From contig CM075978.1 in NCBI GenBank assembly GCA_038087875.1, forward strand, positions 12,090,001 through 12,154,000: DNA of 64,000 nt. Direction: 5' to 3'. The number at the start of each line of letters is the position of its first letter. Positions within the stretch are counted from its first letter, which is position 1. Source of the stretch: Malacoraja senta. Its lineage: Eukaryota. Shown one piece after another: positions 1 through 12,503 of this stretch. The notes beneath the pieces are model-generated. The model saw only the letters and a list, made by a program, of their open reading frames with translations. It searched no databases and was not told the DNA's origin. The position numbers were made by a program, and so were the translations under genes.

Positions 1-485
1 CGATGATAAGGAAATGTTGAATGGTTCATTGTTTGTTTTTTGTTTTTTTAATTTTTCTTTTTTTTTCTTTAAAAATCATTTTATTGTTTTTTGGAAAAAA
101 ATAATGATAAACATAACAATGGTATTGATACATAGGGATCAGGATTACATTAATAACAGGTATAACCTAATATGAGACCAGTGTCAAAACACACAATGAA
201 TATAGACCTCTATGTAAATATAGTTAAATCTTGAAAAGGAAACTTATAAATGTAAAAAAAAAGCAAAAAGAAAAAGACAAAAAGAAAAAAACAAAAGCAC
301 ACTAAACTTAAAAAAAAAAAAAAAAAATTGATAATAATTAAATAAGAATAAAAATAAAATTTTAAAAAACGAAAAAAAAAACGAATCTTAACTGAGAAAT
401 TCAACAATTTAAGTCTGTTTGTCGTCAAGTCCGTTCCACCCTATGAAGGTAAAATAATTTTTATTACGGTTAAAGAGGGAACAAT

Positions 486-2670
486 TTATGTTGTATGAAA
501 GTGTTCAATAAATTTTCCCCAAGTCGTATCAAATTTAACCAAGGGTTCAACAATGTCACTTCTGATTTTTTCTAAATATAAACATGATATCATTTCAGAA
601 TACCACTGGAGTGTGGTCGGATGGTTGCAATCTTTCCATTTAAATAAAATAAATCTTCTGGCAATTAATGTGGTAAAAGCAATCAACTGATGGGCGGAGC
701 GGGACAAATGAATAGAATCTAACATTGGTAACCCAAAAATTGCAGTAATAGGATGAGGTTGTAAATCTATACCTAAGACTACCGAAATAGTATCAAAAAT
801 GTATTTCCAATATTTTTCCAAAAGAGGGCAGGACCAAAACATATGGGTCAGTGATGCCACTTCAGAGTTACATCTATCACAGGTAGGATTTATATAAAGT
901 AAAGTAAAGTAAAGTAAATTTATTTATATAGCACTTTTCAATCAATTTCAATCAAAGAAGCCAAAGTGCTTTACAGAGAAAATTATCCATATAAATGAAA
1001 AAAAAAAGAGGTGGAAAAAAAGACACAACACACTATAAGAGATTCAACACGAACGTCCCCCCCACAGCAGAGTCGACACTCTCCACTGTGAGGGAAAGGC
1101 ACCAAAATGTCAAGTCCTCCTCCTCTTCCATATATGACCATAAAAATGAGCTACCTTATCTTTTGACATATGAGCTCTGTGAACCACCTTGAATTGTATC
1201 AAAGCGTGTCTTGCACATATTGAAGAGGTATTAACTAATTGAAGAATCCTCTCCCATTTCTCTATAGATAAAGACATTTGGAGTTCTCTTTCCCAGTCAT
1301 TCTTAATTTTATCAAATGTATCTATTTGTAATTTCAAAATCAACTCATAAATAGTCGTTATTAATTCTTTCTGATAAGGGTTCAACTGTAAAAAAAAAAT
1401 CCAAAATTTCGTGTTGATGTGGTGGTGGAAAAAGGGGTAGAGTAGCCTTCAAATATTGTCTAATTTGTAAATATCTAAAAAAGTGTGAATTAGGTAAGTT
1501 ATATTTATTGGAGACATTGTTCGAAAGACATAAAACAACCCTCCAAAAACAAATCACGAAAAGCTACTAATCCCTTCCTCTTCCATAACAAAAAAACTTG
1601 ATCAGTACTAGATGGTTGGAAGAGAAAATTGGATAAAATAGGACTCGATAAGATAAAATCATTTAGTCCAAAAAACGTACAAAATTGAAACCATATTCGG
1701 AACGTATGTCTTATTATTGGGTTTGTCGTATATTTATTCAATCTCATAATTGTAAAAGGTAACGAGGCCCCTAGAATAGAAGCCAATGATAGACCTTGTA
1801 AGGAATCACGTTCTAGGTTTATCCATCCAGGGCATTGGGTATCTTCTAAATCTTTTGTCCAAAATGTTAAATAACGAACATTGACTGCCCAATAGTAGAG
1901 TCTAAGGTTCGGCAATGCCAAACCACCAACATTTTTTGATTTCTGTAGGTATTTTTTACCTAGTCTGGGATTTTTATTCTGCCATATATATGAAGAAATT
2001 TTAGAGTCTATAATATCAAAGAAAGATTTGGCAATAAGAATTGGTATCGTCTGAAATAAATACAGAAATTTAGGTAAAATGAACATTTTAATAGCATTGA
2101 TTCAGCCAATTAAGGATAAGGACATTGGTGACCATTTAGTGAACTGATGTTTAATATGGTCAATTAAAGGCATAAAATTAGCTTTAAATAAATCCTTGTG
2201 TTTCTTGGTGATCTTAATACCTAAATAAGTAAAACTTTCGGTAATCAATCTAAATGGAAACTGTCCATAACTCGAAACAAAATTATTTAATGGGAAAAGC
2301 TCACTCTTACTAAGATTTAGTTTATAACCAGAAAAACTACTAAATTGATTAAGTAATGCTACTATTGCCGGAATAGATTTCTCAGGGTTAGAAATAAACA
2401 ATAACAGATCATCTGCATAAAGAGATAGCTTATGTGTCTTATTCCCGCGGACAATACCAAAAATATTAGGGGATTCCCTAATAGCGGTGGCTAAAGGTTC
2501 CAAAGCAATATCAAATAGTAAAGGACTTAAGGGACAGCCCTGTCTAGTACCTCGAAAGAGCCTGAAAAAAGGGGATCTCTGATTATTAGTAAATACAGAA
2601 GCCTGAGGTATAAGATATATCAGTTTGATCCAAGAGATAAATTTTGGACCAATCTTAAATATTGAATAAG
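486..2670 (-). pseudogene. Disrupted L1 ORF2 (reverse transcriptase plus C-terminal zinc knuckle)
   Basis: ORF-track pieces 2102-2713, 1505-2086, 1345-1557, 1110-1385 and 486-860 are collinear parts of one ORF2, broken by stops/frameshifts and the 896-1130 insertion. Confidence 0.9.
896..1130 (-). mobile_element. 5'-truncated copy of the GC-rich non-coding retroposon (L2-type tail), nested in L1
   Basis: Near-identical to ~15280-15507; (TTTAC)n tail; TSD tatat at 891-895 and 1131-1135; removing it restores the L1 frame ...FYGHINPTCDRC... Confidence 0.9.
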
Positions 2671-3870
2671 TATTCCCTGAATGGTTCATTGTTAGCTGGG
2701 GGGAAGGTGACAATGGTTAATTTTCATTGTTGGATTCCTTATGCTCATAATAATGGTTCTTTATTGTCACGTATGCTCTGTACAGTGAAAGTCTTGAACC
2801 CATCACCAAAGTCCAAAGTCCAGTCCACCAGGTCCAAGTAAGCCCCAGGCTGCTGCAGGGCCTCCTCCATCGCCCTCAACCATGCTGTAGGGTCAGAATG
2901 AAATTGTAATGGTTTGCACTGAAGCTTTTTTTAATGAGTTCAGTAAACTTGCATGCAAATTATTTTGTACACTGACCGAACAAAGCTTCAAGAATTCTAT
3001 AGGGAAATAACTGCAATCCACAGATGAAAGAATAGCTCAGATTAGGAACAACATTTGCAGTCAATGTTACTATTAGGGAAGTAACCTTGGTCATAGTCTC
3101 TAAATGTTGCTGAAGTTACCCTTTTAAGTTTCATCTCATATCATTCAATTCTGAGCAACAATGCTGGTTAGGAACTCTCACCACTTTTGACAAGAAAGAG
3201 TGGCTAAGTGTTCAGAGAGGCATGCAAGGGTTGTGGTATGCCCAACATAGGCGGCACAGTGTAATGCTGGCTTCATTGCTGAGAATGAGTTTGCTTGTCA
3301 TTTCACTGTGTGTGGGGAGGACTTTCCAGAGACAGTGTTCATTGTATCTTTTGCAGTGCTTTGATGAGCCCACTGTAGATGATGCATACCTCAGAAGCAC
3401 AGAGGACCTGTTTGGTACATCATGAGTCTTGTGTCAGGTGTGAGATCTTGATCTTCAAATGCCCCTTTTCTTCCCAAGATTGTACTACCACGTTGATTGT
3501 GGTGGTGAATTTCATCATCAATATCTGCATCATCGAAAGGTAGCTACAGAGATATAAAAATAAGTTCATAATTTCACGGGTGTCAGAGGTTATGGGGAGA
3601 AGGCAGGAGAATGGGGTTAGGAGGGAGAGATAGATCAGCTATGATTGAATGGCGGAGTAGACTTGATTCTAGCACTTATGATCTTATGATTTTGCAGAGT
3701 TTTTCCACCAACCTGCGTTGATCAGAGGGAGGTTAATGCAGATAAGTGTGAGGTGTTGCATTTTGAGAAGTCAAAACAGGGCAGGACCTTCTCAGTGAAT
3801 GGCAAGGGCCTGGGGAGTGTTGTAGAGCAGAAGGATCTAGGAGTACGGGTACACAGCTCCCTGAAAATAT

Positions 3871-4174
3871 TGGCATGGTGGCGCAGGGGTAGAGTTGCTG
3901 CCTTACAGCGCTTTCAGCACCAGAGAACTGGGTTCGATCCCGGCTATGGGTGCTGTCCGTACGGAGTTTGTACGTTCACCCTGTGACTGCGTGGGTTTTC
4001 TCTGAGATCTTCGGTTTCCTCCCACATTCCAAAGACATACAGGTTTGTAGGTTGATTGGCTTGGTATAAATGTAAATTGTCCCTAGTGTGTATAGGATGG
4101 TGTTAATAAGCAGGAATTGCTGGTCAGCATGGACTCGGTGGGCCAAATGGCCTGTTTCCGAGCTGTATCTCTCT
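3871..4174 (+). mobile_element. HE1-type tRNA-derived V-SINE, inserted in a CR1 fragment
   Basis: A box TGGCGCAG.GG, B box GGTTCGATCC, V-domain-like cggtttcctcccacattccaaagac, 3' ggcctgtttcc..gctgtatctct. Confidence 0.85.
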
Positions 4175-4634
4175 ATCTGTATCTGTAGGTAGATAGGTAC
4201 TTTTGGTACATTGGTCTTCATTAAACCGGGTATTGAGTATAGAAGTTGGGATGTATGTTACAGTTGTATAAAATGTTGCCATAGGAAGGCTGGCATTAAG
4301 CTGGAAAGGATGCATTTAGAGATGATTTACGAGAATGTTGCCAGGATTTGAAGGCCTTAGCTATACGGAGAGGTGAAGCAGGCTAAGATGTTATTCCTTG
4401 GAGAGCAGGAGGTTAAGGGGTGACCTTATGGAGCTGTGTAAAATAACGTGTGGAATAGATAAGGTGAATGCATATTGTCTTTTACCAAAAATAGGACAAT
4501 TGAGAACTGAAGAAAATATGTTGAAGGTGAGAGTGTGAGAGGTGATTCAGAGAAAACCATAATTGTACCACCATTGCCCTTGTCAAGTACAGTTAACAAA
4601 AAAGTATGCAGAACTAAAACTGGCCACTAAAAGC

Positions 4635-5095
4635 ACCTCATAATTCGCTTGGGTGGCTTACATCCCAACGGTATGAATGTTGAATTCTCCAATTATAGGT
4701 AACCTCCAACCTATCCCACCCCCCCCTCCCAAAAAAAAACTCCCTCCTCTTTTCTCACACACAACTTCCCCCCACCTCTTTCCCCCCCCCAAAAAAAAAT
4801 TGCTTATGCCCCCCTGGACACTATAGATTTCCCCTCTCCACGGCATCCTGCCCCCTGCTACTTTCCTGCCCATGCAATCTGCAACTCTTCAAAAGTATCT
4901 CACATCATCCGTTCTTATCTCTGACCTTTGTCCCAGACATCTGCATGTCAACCCTCCCCCCACACCCTCCTCGCCTGTGTCTACATTCCAGCTTTCTTTT
5001 CCCCCCTACAATCAGTCTGAAAAAGGGTCTCAACCCAAAACGTTGCCTATCCATGTTCTCTAGACCTGCTAAGTTACTGCAGCATTTTGTGCCCT
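4635..5095 (+). mobile_element. Penelope-like 3' fragment (GIY-YIG end plus terminal repeat with degenerate hammerhead motif)
   Basis: HLIIRLGGLHPNGMNVEFSN* is homologous to 32310-32383; ctgaaaaagggtctcaacccaaaacgtt near 5017. Confidence 0.75.
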
Positions 5096-5827
5096 ATTCT
5101 GGCAACTGAATAATGTCTTAGCAAGATTCAAAATGAAGGTGAAGGAGTTGTAAGAGTTATGTAGGGTAAGAGTGGACAAAGTTTTGGATAGTTCAAAGCT
5201 AGGGGCCACCATCTTAAGACAGTCACTAATATAGCCAGTAAGGAATTTTACATTGCTTTGCTTCGAAAGCAGTTACTAGCTGTCAGAGGTGAATAGCTCT
5301 TTGCATTTAAAGGAACTCCATGAGTAAAGAGCAGAAGGATATATTGACAGGGCAGAATAAATAAAGGGAGAAAGTTCTTCTTTTGAGACATAAACAATGT
5401 TCTGACTTGTTGGCTGAATGATCTGGCTTTATGACGTATTCTTCCTCCTTGGCTTGTCCTGTGAAATTAGGTTAATGCAACAAAATGTTTGCTCTCTACA
5501 GCATGTGTTACATGTATCTTTAGCATCAGTCGTTGACATGTAATATATATCCTGTCTAGATCTGAGCCTTGGATTCTTATCATGGTGGTTTGACAGAGTT
5601 TTGCACAGCTGGATGTCCTTCCTGATACTAACTTTTCTCCTTGATCCAGGCCTTGACTCACAAATGGATGGGCAGCATTTCTGCAATCTATATTTTGCGT
5701 AATCCAGGATAGGAGTGAAAAAAGTATAAGGCACGTGCGGTGCTGTGGCGCAGCGGTAGAGCTGCTGATCCTGACTATGGGTGCTCTCTGCATGGAGTTT
5801 GTATGGTCTCCTCGTGACCTGCGGATA

Positions 5828-6270
5828 ACTGGGGAGTGGGGAGGGATGGAGAGAGAGGCAAGAGAAGGGTTACTTGAAGTCAGAGTTGTCAACATTCTGT
5901 CCTGGGCCTCCTCCATTGTCAGAGTGAGGCCCAGTGGCAATTGGAGGAACAACAACTCATATTTCGCTTGGGCAGCTTACACCCCAGCGATATGAATATT
6001 GACTTGTCTAACTTCAAGTAACCCTTGCCTACCCTCTCTCTCCATCCCTTCCCCCCTTTCCCAGTTCTCCGACTAGACTGACTGTCCTCGTTTACATTTT
6101 ATCTCTGTTTGCTTTGTTGCTACCTTCTCCTAACTAACAATGATCTATTCCACATTTTCCTTGATCTCCATCCCCTTTGTCTCATTTTCACACCATACAC
6201 TTCCTTATATCTGTAAATTCCTCTCCCCTCAGTTTGTAAAAGGGTCTCGACCCGAAACGTCAACCTACCC
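5828..6270 (+). mobile_element. Penelope-like 3' fragment with 5' inverted segment, nested in an HE1 SINE (5735-6385)
   Basis: LEEQQLIFRLGSLHPSDMNIDLSNFK*; 5828-5896 is an inverted copy of ~5996-6066; SINE head at 5735-5822 and tail at 6275-6385. Confidence 0.8.
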
Positions 6271-6921
6271 AGAGGTTTGAAGGTAAATTGGCCCTAATGT
6301 GTGTAGGATAGTGTAAGTGTGCGGAGATCGCTGGTCGGCCGAAGGACCTGTTTGCGCACTGTATCTCTAAACTAAACTAAACTAAGGCCTTTTTTAAAAA
6401 ACTACTCCAAAGAAAATCACTCAAAATTATACATTTTTATCTAACAGAGCGACCTTTGTTAAATAATTGTCACTGATGCTGTTACAGTCGGGATGAACCA
6501 CGCATCACCCTTGCAACAGGTCTCCGCTCATTCAATGCTCAACCACTTTGGAATCTAAAACAAGCACAAGGCTACATAAACACAATGGAATTTACAAAGC
6601 AGCATTCTGAAGACCAAACATCAGTTCCAGTGATCTTTTGCTTATTGTTCAAGTGTTCTTTGCTTATTGAATAACGGTCTGCAAGAGTCGTGAAGCAAAC
6701 ATATGTCACATTACTTTTCAGTGGCAGCATATAAATGTCATTTAACAAACTCTCCCCACAATTTAAAATAACCACCTGTCCAACATTACAAAGTAAATCA
6801 GGAGTGATCTGCTATCAGGAATGAAACTCGCTTTGCTTTAGTCTTTGAATGTATTACCAGAAGCTGGTTATACATCATCATTTGCCATCGTCCAAGTGAG
6901 ACGTTAATTCCAATGTTGAGG

Positions 6922-7172
6922 TTGATCCAAGATGGCGCCCAACCCAGGTGACTCTGTGTGTGCTGGTCACAGAAGTATTTCTGCAATCACGAATTACAAT
7001 CGCTCCACTCTCTAAGTTTCTACTCCTACAGCAACATTTCTTACTTTAACTGTGATATCTATACACTGTGGATGGCTCATACATGTAATCATGTATTGTC
7101 CTTCTGCTGACTGGTGAGCATGCAACAAAAACGTTTCACTGCACCTGTAAGAATAAACTAAATTAAAGTCAA
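6922..7172 (+). mobile_element. Short bipartite Rex1/Babar-like non-autonomous element
   Basis: caagatggcgcc head close to a Rex1-type 3' tail (tgtattgtc..ctgctgactgg..gcatgcaacaaaa..aataaactaaa). Confidence 0.5.
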
Positions 7173-7763
7173 ACTAGTCATGGAGTAATACAGCATAGAA
7201 ACAGGCCCTTCGGCCCAACGTGCTCATGCCGACCAACATCCCCCATCTACTTTAGTCCCATCTGCCTGGGTTTGGCCCAAGTTCCTCTGAACCTATCCTC
7301 TCTATTTACCTTTCTAAATGTTTCTTTAATGTTGTGAGAGCACCTAGGTTTTTGATTCAAGAACAATAATCACAAATGTTAAATCAGGTTTGTCCCTAAG
7401 TGCTATGTGGAAATAGTGCAAGCCTCAAAGAAAACGGAAAATCGAAGAAACATTCAACGGGTCAGGTTGCATCTGTTGGGAAGGAAGTAGAGTTTACATT
7501 TCAGGTGGTTCCTCTTTCATGTGGAATGTTAGAGATAAAACAAGCTTTGAAACGCTGAGAAATGGGGAAGAGGAAAAGCCACATGTACAGAGGTCCATGA
7601 TGAGGTGGAGGATAAATGAGAAAAGGGATGAAGCCAAAAGAAGGAGTGTGCTAAATGGTAAAGGGAAGTGTGATTGAGGTTGGTTGAAAGAGGTGCTAGT
7701 AGAAGTTGAATCCCAAATTATTTACTTGTATGCTTGGACCATTTCATTAGGTACGGTTATACC

Positions 7764-8085
7764 GAGCAGCATGGTGACACAGCGGGAGAGTTACTGCCCT
7801 ACAGCGCTAGAGACCCAGGTTCGATCCTGACTACAGGATGCTGTCTGTACAGAGTTTGTACGTTCTCCCCGTGACCTGCATTGGTTTTCTCCAGGTACTC
7901 CGGATTCCTCCTACACTCCAAAGACGTAAAGGTTTGTAAGTTAATTGGCTTCGGTAACATTGTAAATTATCCCTAGTGTGTGTCGGATAGTGTTCGTGTG
8001 CATGGATTGCTAGTCGGCGCAGACTCAATGGGCCAAAGGACTTGTTTCCGCACTGTATTTCTAAACTAAACAAAACTAAACTAAA
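7764..8085 (+). mobile_element. HE1-type V-SINE
   Basis: A/B boxes, V-domain, (CTAAA)n tail. Confidence 0.88.
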
Positions 8086-9059
8086 GGTACAGTGAAATGA
8101 AGTCTTTAGGTAATGAATGTTTGGAGAGTATCTTCATTGTCTCATAAGCAGTCAATTTTGATGTGTCAGCCTATATTGTAAGCAAAGGCCAGATGTTTTC
8201 CATCGAGTCACCACAGACGATCTATTTTCTGTTCAAATCTGGACTCTTACAGGATCGGGCAATCAAACAGCATGGAGACAGGCCCTTTGTCCACCAAGCA
8301 CCTATTTACAAATTCTTACACTAATCCCATTCTATTCCCCACAAATTTCCATCAAATGCCCCAGATACTATCACTCTCTTGCACATAGGGGCACTTTGTA
8401 ATGGCCAACTAACCTACCAACCCATGCTTTGCAAATGTGGGAGGAAGCTAGTACACCGGAAGAAGACCGCAGGCTCACAGGGAGAAGATGCAAACTTCTC
8501 TGGCTAACGGAATCAAGGGATATGGGGAGGGCTAATGGAATCAAGGGATATGGGGAGAAAGCAGGAACGGGGTTCTGATTTTGGCTCGAAGGGCCAAATG
8601 GCCTACTCCTGCACCTATTTTCTATGTTCTATGTTTCATTCCCACAGCATGGGATGTCAGGATTAAACCTGGGTGATAGAAACTGTGAGGCAGCAGCTCT
8701 ACCAGTTGTATCATTTTGCTGCCGATATCCCGATGTGCACAGTTTCCAGCAAAATTTACTGAATACCATAGTGAAGAAGGAAAAGGGGCGAAGCACATGT
8801 CTTTTGACGCCACCTCTATGTGGCTAATGTTCTTTCCTGCTGATCTTAATCTTTAATCTTTCTATATTCCTTAATCCCCACAGTGTCAAAAACTTTTGTC
8901 TTTCGATATGTTTGTTGGTTGACCCTTAGGGCAATTATTAGTGATGCATGGCCATCTCCGTGAATAAAAGTTTTCCTACCTCAGCCTCAGTGGTCAACCT
9001 CTAATCCCCTTATTACTCCTGGAGGTTGTACATTCCAGCCAGTAGCCTTTCAGTGATGT

Positions 9060-9700
9060 ACAGCAATTTGTAATTACATAGGACCTTTCATGCATTAAAG
9101 TATTCCCAAGCCACTTAAACAAAAAAATGTGGCTTAAAATTTGCTTAAATTATAGGTTTTAAGGTACTTCACAAAGATGGAAGGAGGGATTGAGAATCTG
9201 AGAAATTTCAGGAAACCCGTTTCTGATCTTACTGCTTCAGCAGCTGAGAATCCCATTCCTTCTCTCCAGAGATGCTGAGTTACTCCAGCTTTTTGTGTCA
9301 AACATCTGACAAATGTTGATGCAAAATGCAACATCAATTCTGAAGTGATTGGAACTGGGGACTGCAAAGATCTGAGAGGATGCAAATCTTGATGAGTTTA
9401 CAGAGATTTGCCACTTGACGCAATTAAAAGAAAGAATGTGAATTTAAAACGGTACCATAATGCAATAAGATCCACATGCCTGCATTCATTTGATCTCATA
9501 GTCAGCGAGTACAGGGATAATTGGGTGAAGGATACTGACAGTAGAGTCTAGGATATGCTCAGGTTTCTGCAGGTGGAGGTAAAGGTGGAAGTGGAGACCA
9601 GCCGGAAAACCCACTGAAAATTTTGTCTGGAGACAAAAATGGCATAGATGAAGGTTTTTGCACCAGGTTAAAAGAGTCATGGGTGTAGCGGGCACCACTA
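9060..9700 (-). mobile_element. Old L2-clade LINE 3' fragment
   Basis: Degenerate L2-type tail near 9060-9120; remnant of the L2 'HAFVSSRLDY.N.LLAGL' motif at ~9590-9650. Confidence 0.45.
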
Positions 9701-9899
9701 CAGGAGATAAATAATATTGGTGATCAACAGTTTGTTATCCTAATGGCTAATATATAATACTATGTTATCCCACTTTTGCGTCCATTCCCTAAACGCTATG
9801 TGCAAATTTAGTCTTGGGGCAGATTAGCCTAGAAACACATTGAGATATTGGAAGAAAGGAATGCGGTCACAGGGAGAACATGGAAATTCATCCAGCATC

Positions 9900-10127
9900 A
9901 GGCACCTCTGGAATTCTCTGCCACAGAAGGTAGTTGAGGCCAGTTCATTGGCTATATTTAAGAGGGAGTTAGATGTGGCCCTTGTGGCTATAGGGATCAG
10001 GGGGTATGGAGAGAAAGCAGGTACAGGATACTGAGTTGGATGATCAGCCATGATCATATAGAATGGCTGTGCAGGCTCGAAGGGCCGAATGGCCTATTCC
10101 TGCACCTATTTTCTATGTTTCTATGTT
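9900..10127 (+). mobile_element. CR1/HER1-type LINE 3' end
   Basis: LWNSLPQKVVEA..FKRELD..GIRGYG, then aagggccgaatggcctattcctgcacct and (tttctatg)n tail. Confidence 0.88.
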
Positions 10128-10559
10128 TCTAAACACGAGAAAGCAGCTAACACTATTTTGTTTATTTGTAGAAATAGCATGGATTCAGGCCAAGTCCTCA
10201 CCAACCATCGATCAGCCATTTACACTCGTTGTCAGTTATCCCACCCTCATCCACTCCCGACAAACTAGGGGCAATTTACAGAGGCCAATTAACCTTCAAA
10301 CCCTCACACTTTGGGGATGTCGGAAGAAACAAACTCCACATTGACAGCACCTGAGGTCAGGATCAAACGCGTGCCTTTGGCACTGTGAGGCAGCAGCTCT
10401 ACCCGCTGTGCCATTGTGTAAACCAGCTTCAAATCCTATGGGTACAAGTGACACAAATTCTTACCACATATGTGTATCAAGCTGAATGTCAAACTAGTAC
10501 ATCATGAACTTCATCCAGTGCCATATTCGGAGAAAAAAAAGCCCAGTAGATGAAGAATT

Positions 10560-11395
10560 GTACAAACCAGAGTAAATTTGAGCCGGAGTGAAATTGATTG
10601 AAAGTGAATTGGTAACTCCATTTAGAATAGTGCACAAGGTTAATAAAATGGTTATAATAATGAAGTAACCCTTAACCAGGTGGTTATGGAACAGCACCCC
10701 CACCAACATCTCGCAAGCTTAAAAATTATTAGGAATGGAGCATTTCACAAAGTTGGACACGTCACATGTGAACACTGGATTAAACTGGAAACATTCTCTC
10801 AACATAAAGAAACAAAAGGATCTGTACCATTATGCAACATTGGCACAATGATTTATATGATCAATTTAAAAAATTCCACACAACAATGGACAAGATCCTG
10901 GAGGGTGCAGAACCTTCCCTTTGTAACTGTGGCAACATTTTCATGGCCACCAATAATGAGGAATGCCACCTTTATATTTTAGAGTTTGTTCCCAAACCAG
11001 AGGTTGTCTATCTAGGATTAAAATGAATGGCAATAATTAACCACCTCATGAGGAGCTAATCAGGCACAAAGACCAACAAACGTGGCAGGGCTCTGATTGA
11101 TTTTGCATGCTGTTCAGAATTACTCAACATTTTTAACAGATTTAGTGCTGGTTATGACACAACTGCGCCAGGTGTTTGGGAAGAATGAAAGATGGAAATG
11201 GAATGAACAACAGCGTGCATTCAATTTATGAAACAGGGTTGAAACAGTGCACACTTACTGGATTCGAGTTCCCAATTTTCCAATTTTGATTTATCAAGGA
11301 CATTGAATCTTATGTGTGGTTCCTCAAACTGTGCAGTGAGCTCTGTCACAGTCACATAGTGGATGACAAATATAAAATATGCTTCTGAGACCAGA
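10560..11395 (+). pseudogene. Highly eroded Gypsy-type LTR retrotransposon pol (RT-RNase H) fossil
   Basis: Ordered remnants across frames: VTLNQV..EQHP, FTKLDTSH, TMDKILEG, EECHL..LE, PEVVYLG, AQRPTNVAGL, KNERWKWNEQQRAF, IKYASET. Confidence 0.65.
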
Positions 11396-11397
11396 TT

Positions 11398-11848
11398 CCC
11401 CACCATTGACTCCATCTAGACTTCATGCTACCTCGGAATGGCAGCCAAGATAAACAAAGAATGGTCCCACCCTGGATATACTGTTCCTCCTTCTCCCCCC
11501 CTTTCTGTCGAGAAGAAGATACAGAAGCTTAAAAGCGCACACCACCCTACTCAGCTACAGCTTCTTCCCCTCTGTTATCAGGCTTCTGTTGGCCCTTCCA
11601 TAAGCAAGGCCACTGTCTGATTCATCGCTGCCTCATTGCGGACATTGGACTTTGTCTCTCGAACTGGTGCGCTATAATGCTGAGAACTATATTCTGATCT
11701 CTGTATTTTTCCCATTGGTCTATCTATTTCACTTGAGGTTGGTTTGGTTGTATCTATGTACAGTATTATCTGATTTGATTGGATAGCATGCAAAACAAAG
11801 CTTTTCATTATATAACGGTATACGTGACAATAATAAATCTAAACTTAA
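11398..11848 (+). mobile_element. Rex1/Babar-type LINE 3' fragment
   Basis: PTIDSI..SC.LG.AAKI.K..SHPG, FFPSVIRLL, then the tail ggatagcatgcaaaac..gtgacaataataaa. Confidence 0.75.
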
Positions 11849-11974
11849 AGCAAAAGCATTAAAAGACAAATCTGTTTCCATGCTGTATCTCTAAACTAAA
11901 CAAAACCAAACTAAACTAAACTAAACAAAACCAAACTAAACTAAGCTAACCAATGAGTCAGGGTTAAATGCTAT

Positions 11975-12503
11975 TTCATTTAAGTATTGTGTTCAGTTCT
12001 GGGCGCCATGATATAGGAAATATATTGTCAAGCTTGAAAGGGTTCAGAGAAGATTTACAAGGATGTTGCCAGGACTAGGGGGTGTGAGCGACAGTGAGAG
12101 GTTGAGTAGGCTGGGTCTCTATTCCTTGGAGCACAGGAGGATGAGGGGTGAGCTTATAGAGGTGTACACAATCATGAGAGGAATAGATCAGATGCACACT
12201 CTTGCCCAGAGTAGAGGAATTGAGGACCAGAGGACATAACTTCAAAGTGAAGGGGAAAAGATTTAATAGGAATCTGAGAGGTAACTTTTCCAATGGTGGT
12301 GGGTGCATGGAACAAGCTGCCAGATGAGGTCGTTGGGGCTGGGATCATCCCAACATTTAAGAAACAATTAGGCAGATCAATGGTTTGGAAGGATAAGGAC
12401 CAAGCGCAAGCTGGTGGGGCTAGTGTAGATGGGACATGTTGGCCGGTGTGGGCAAGTTGGGTCGAAAGGCCTGTTTCCACACTGTATCACTCTATGACTC
12501 TAT
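11975..12503 (+). mobile_element. CR1/HER1-type LINE 3' fragment
   Basis: YCVQFWAP..LERVQRRFTRMLPGL..RRMRGELIEVY..WNKLP; ctctatgactcta tail. Confidence 0.88.

Larger units (their letters stand above)
34..2677 (-). mobile_element. 5'-truncated L1-clade LINE (ORF2 RT to 3' end) with 16-bp TSD
   Basis: RT motifs GTRQGCPLSPLLF and LYADD; GGLALPNL..YYWA; C-terminal CDRC..HMFWSCP knuckle; A-rich tail with AATAAA (plus-strand tttatt near 80); TSD tgaatggttcattgtt at 18-33 and 2678-2693. Confidence 0.93.

Noticed and set aside
210-428. Phe-rich 'membrane protein' ORFs (also 16713-16950)
   Set aside because: Translation of T-rich L1 3' UTRs
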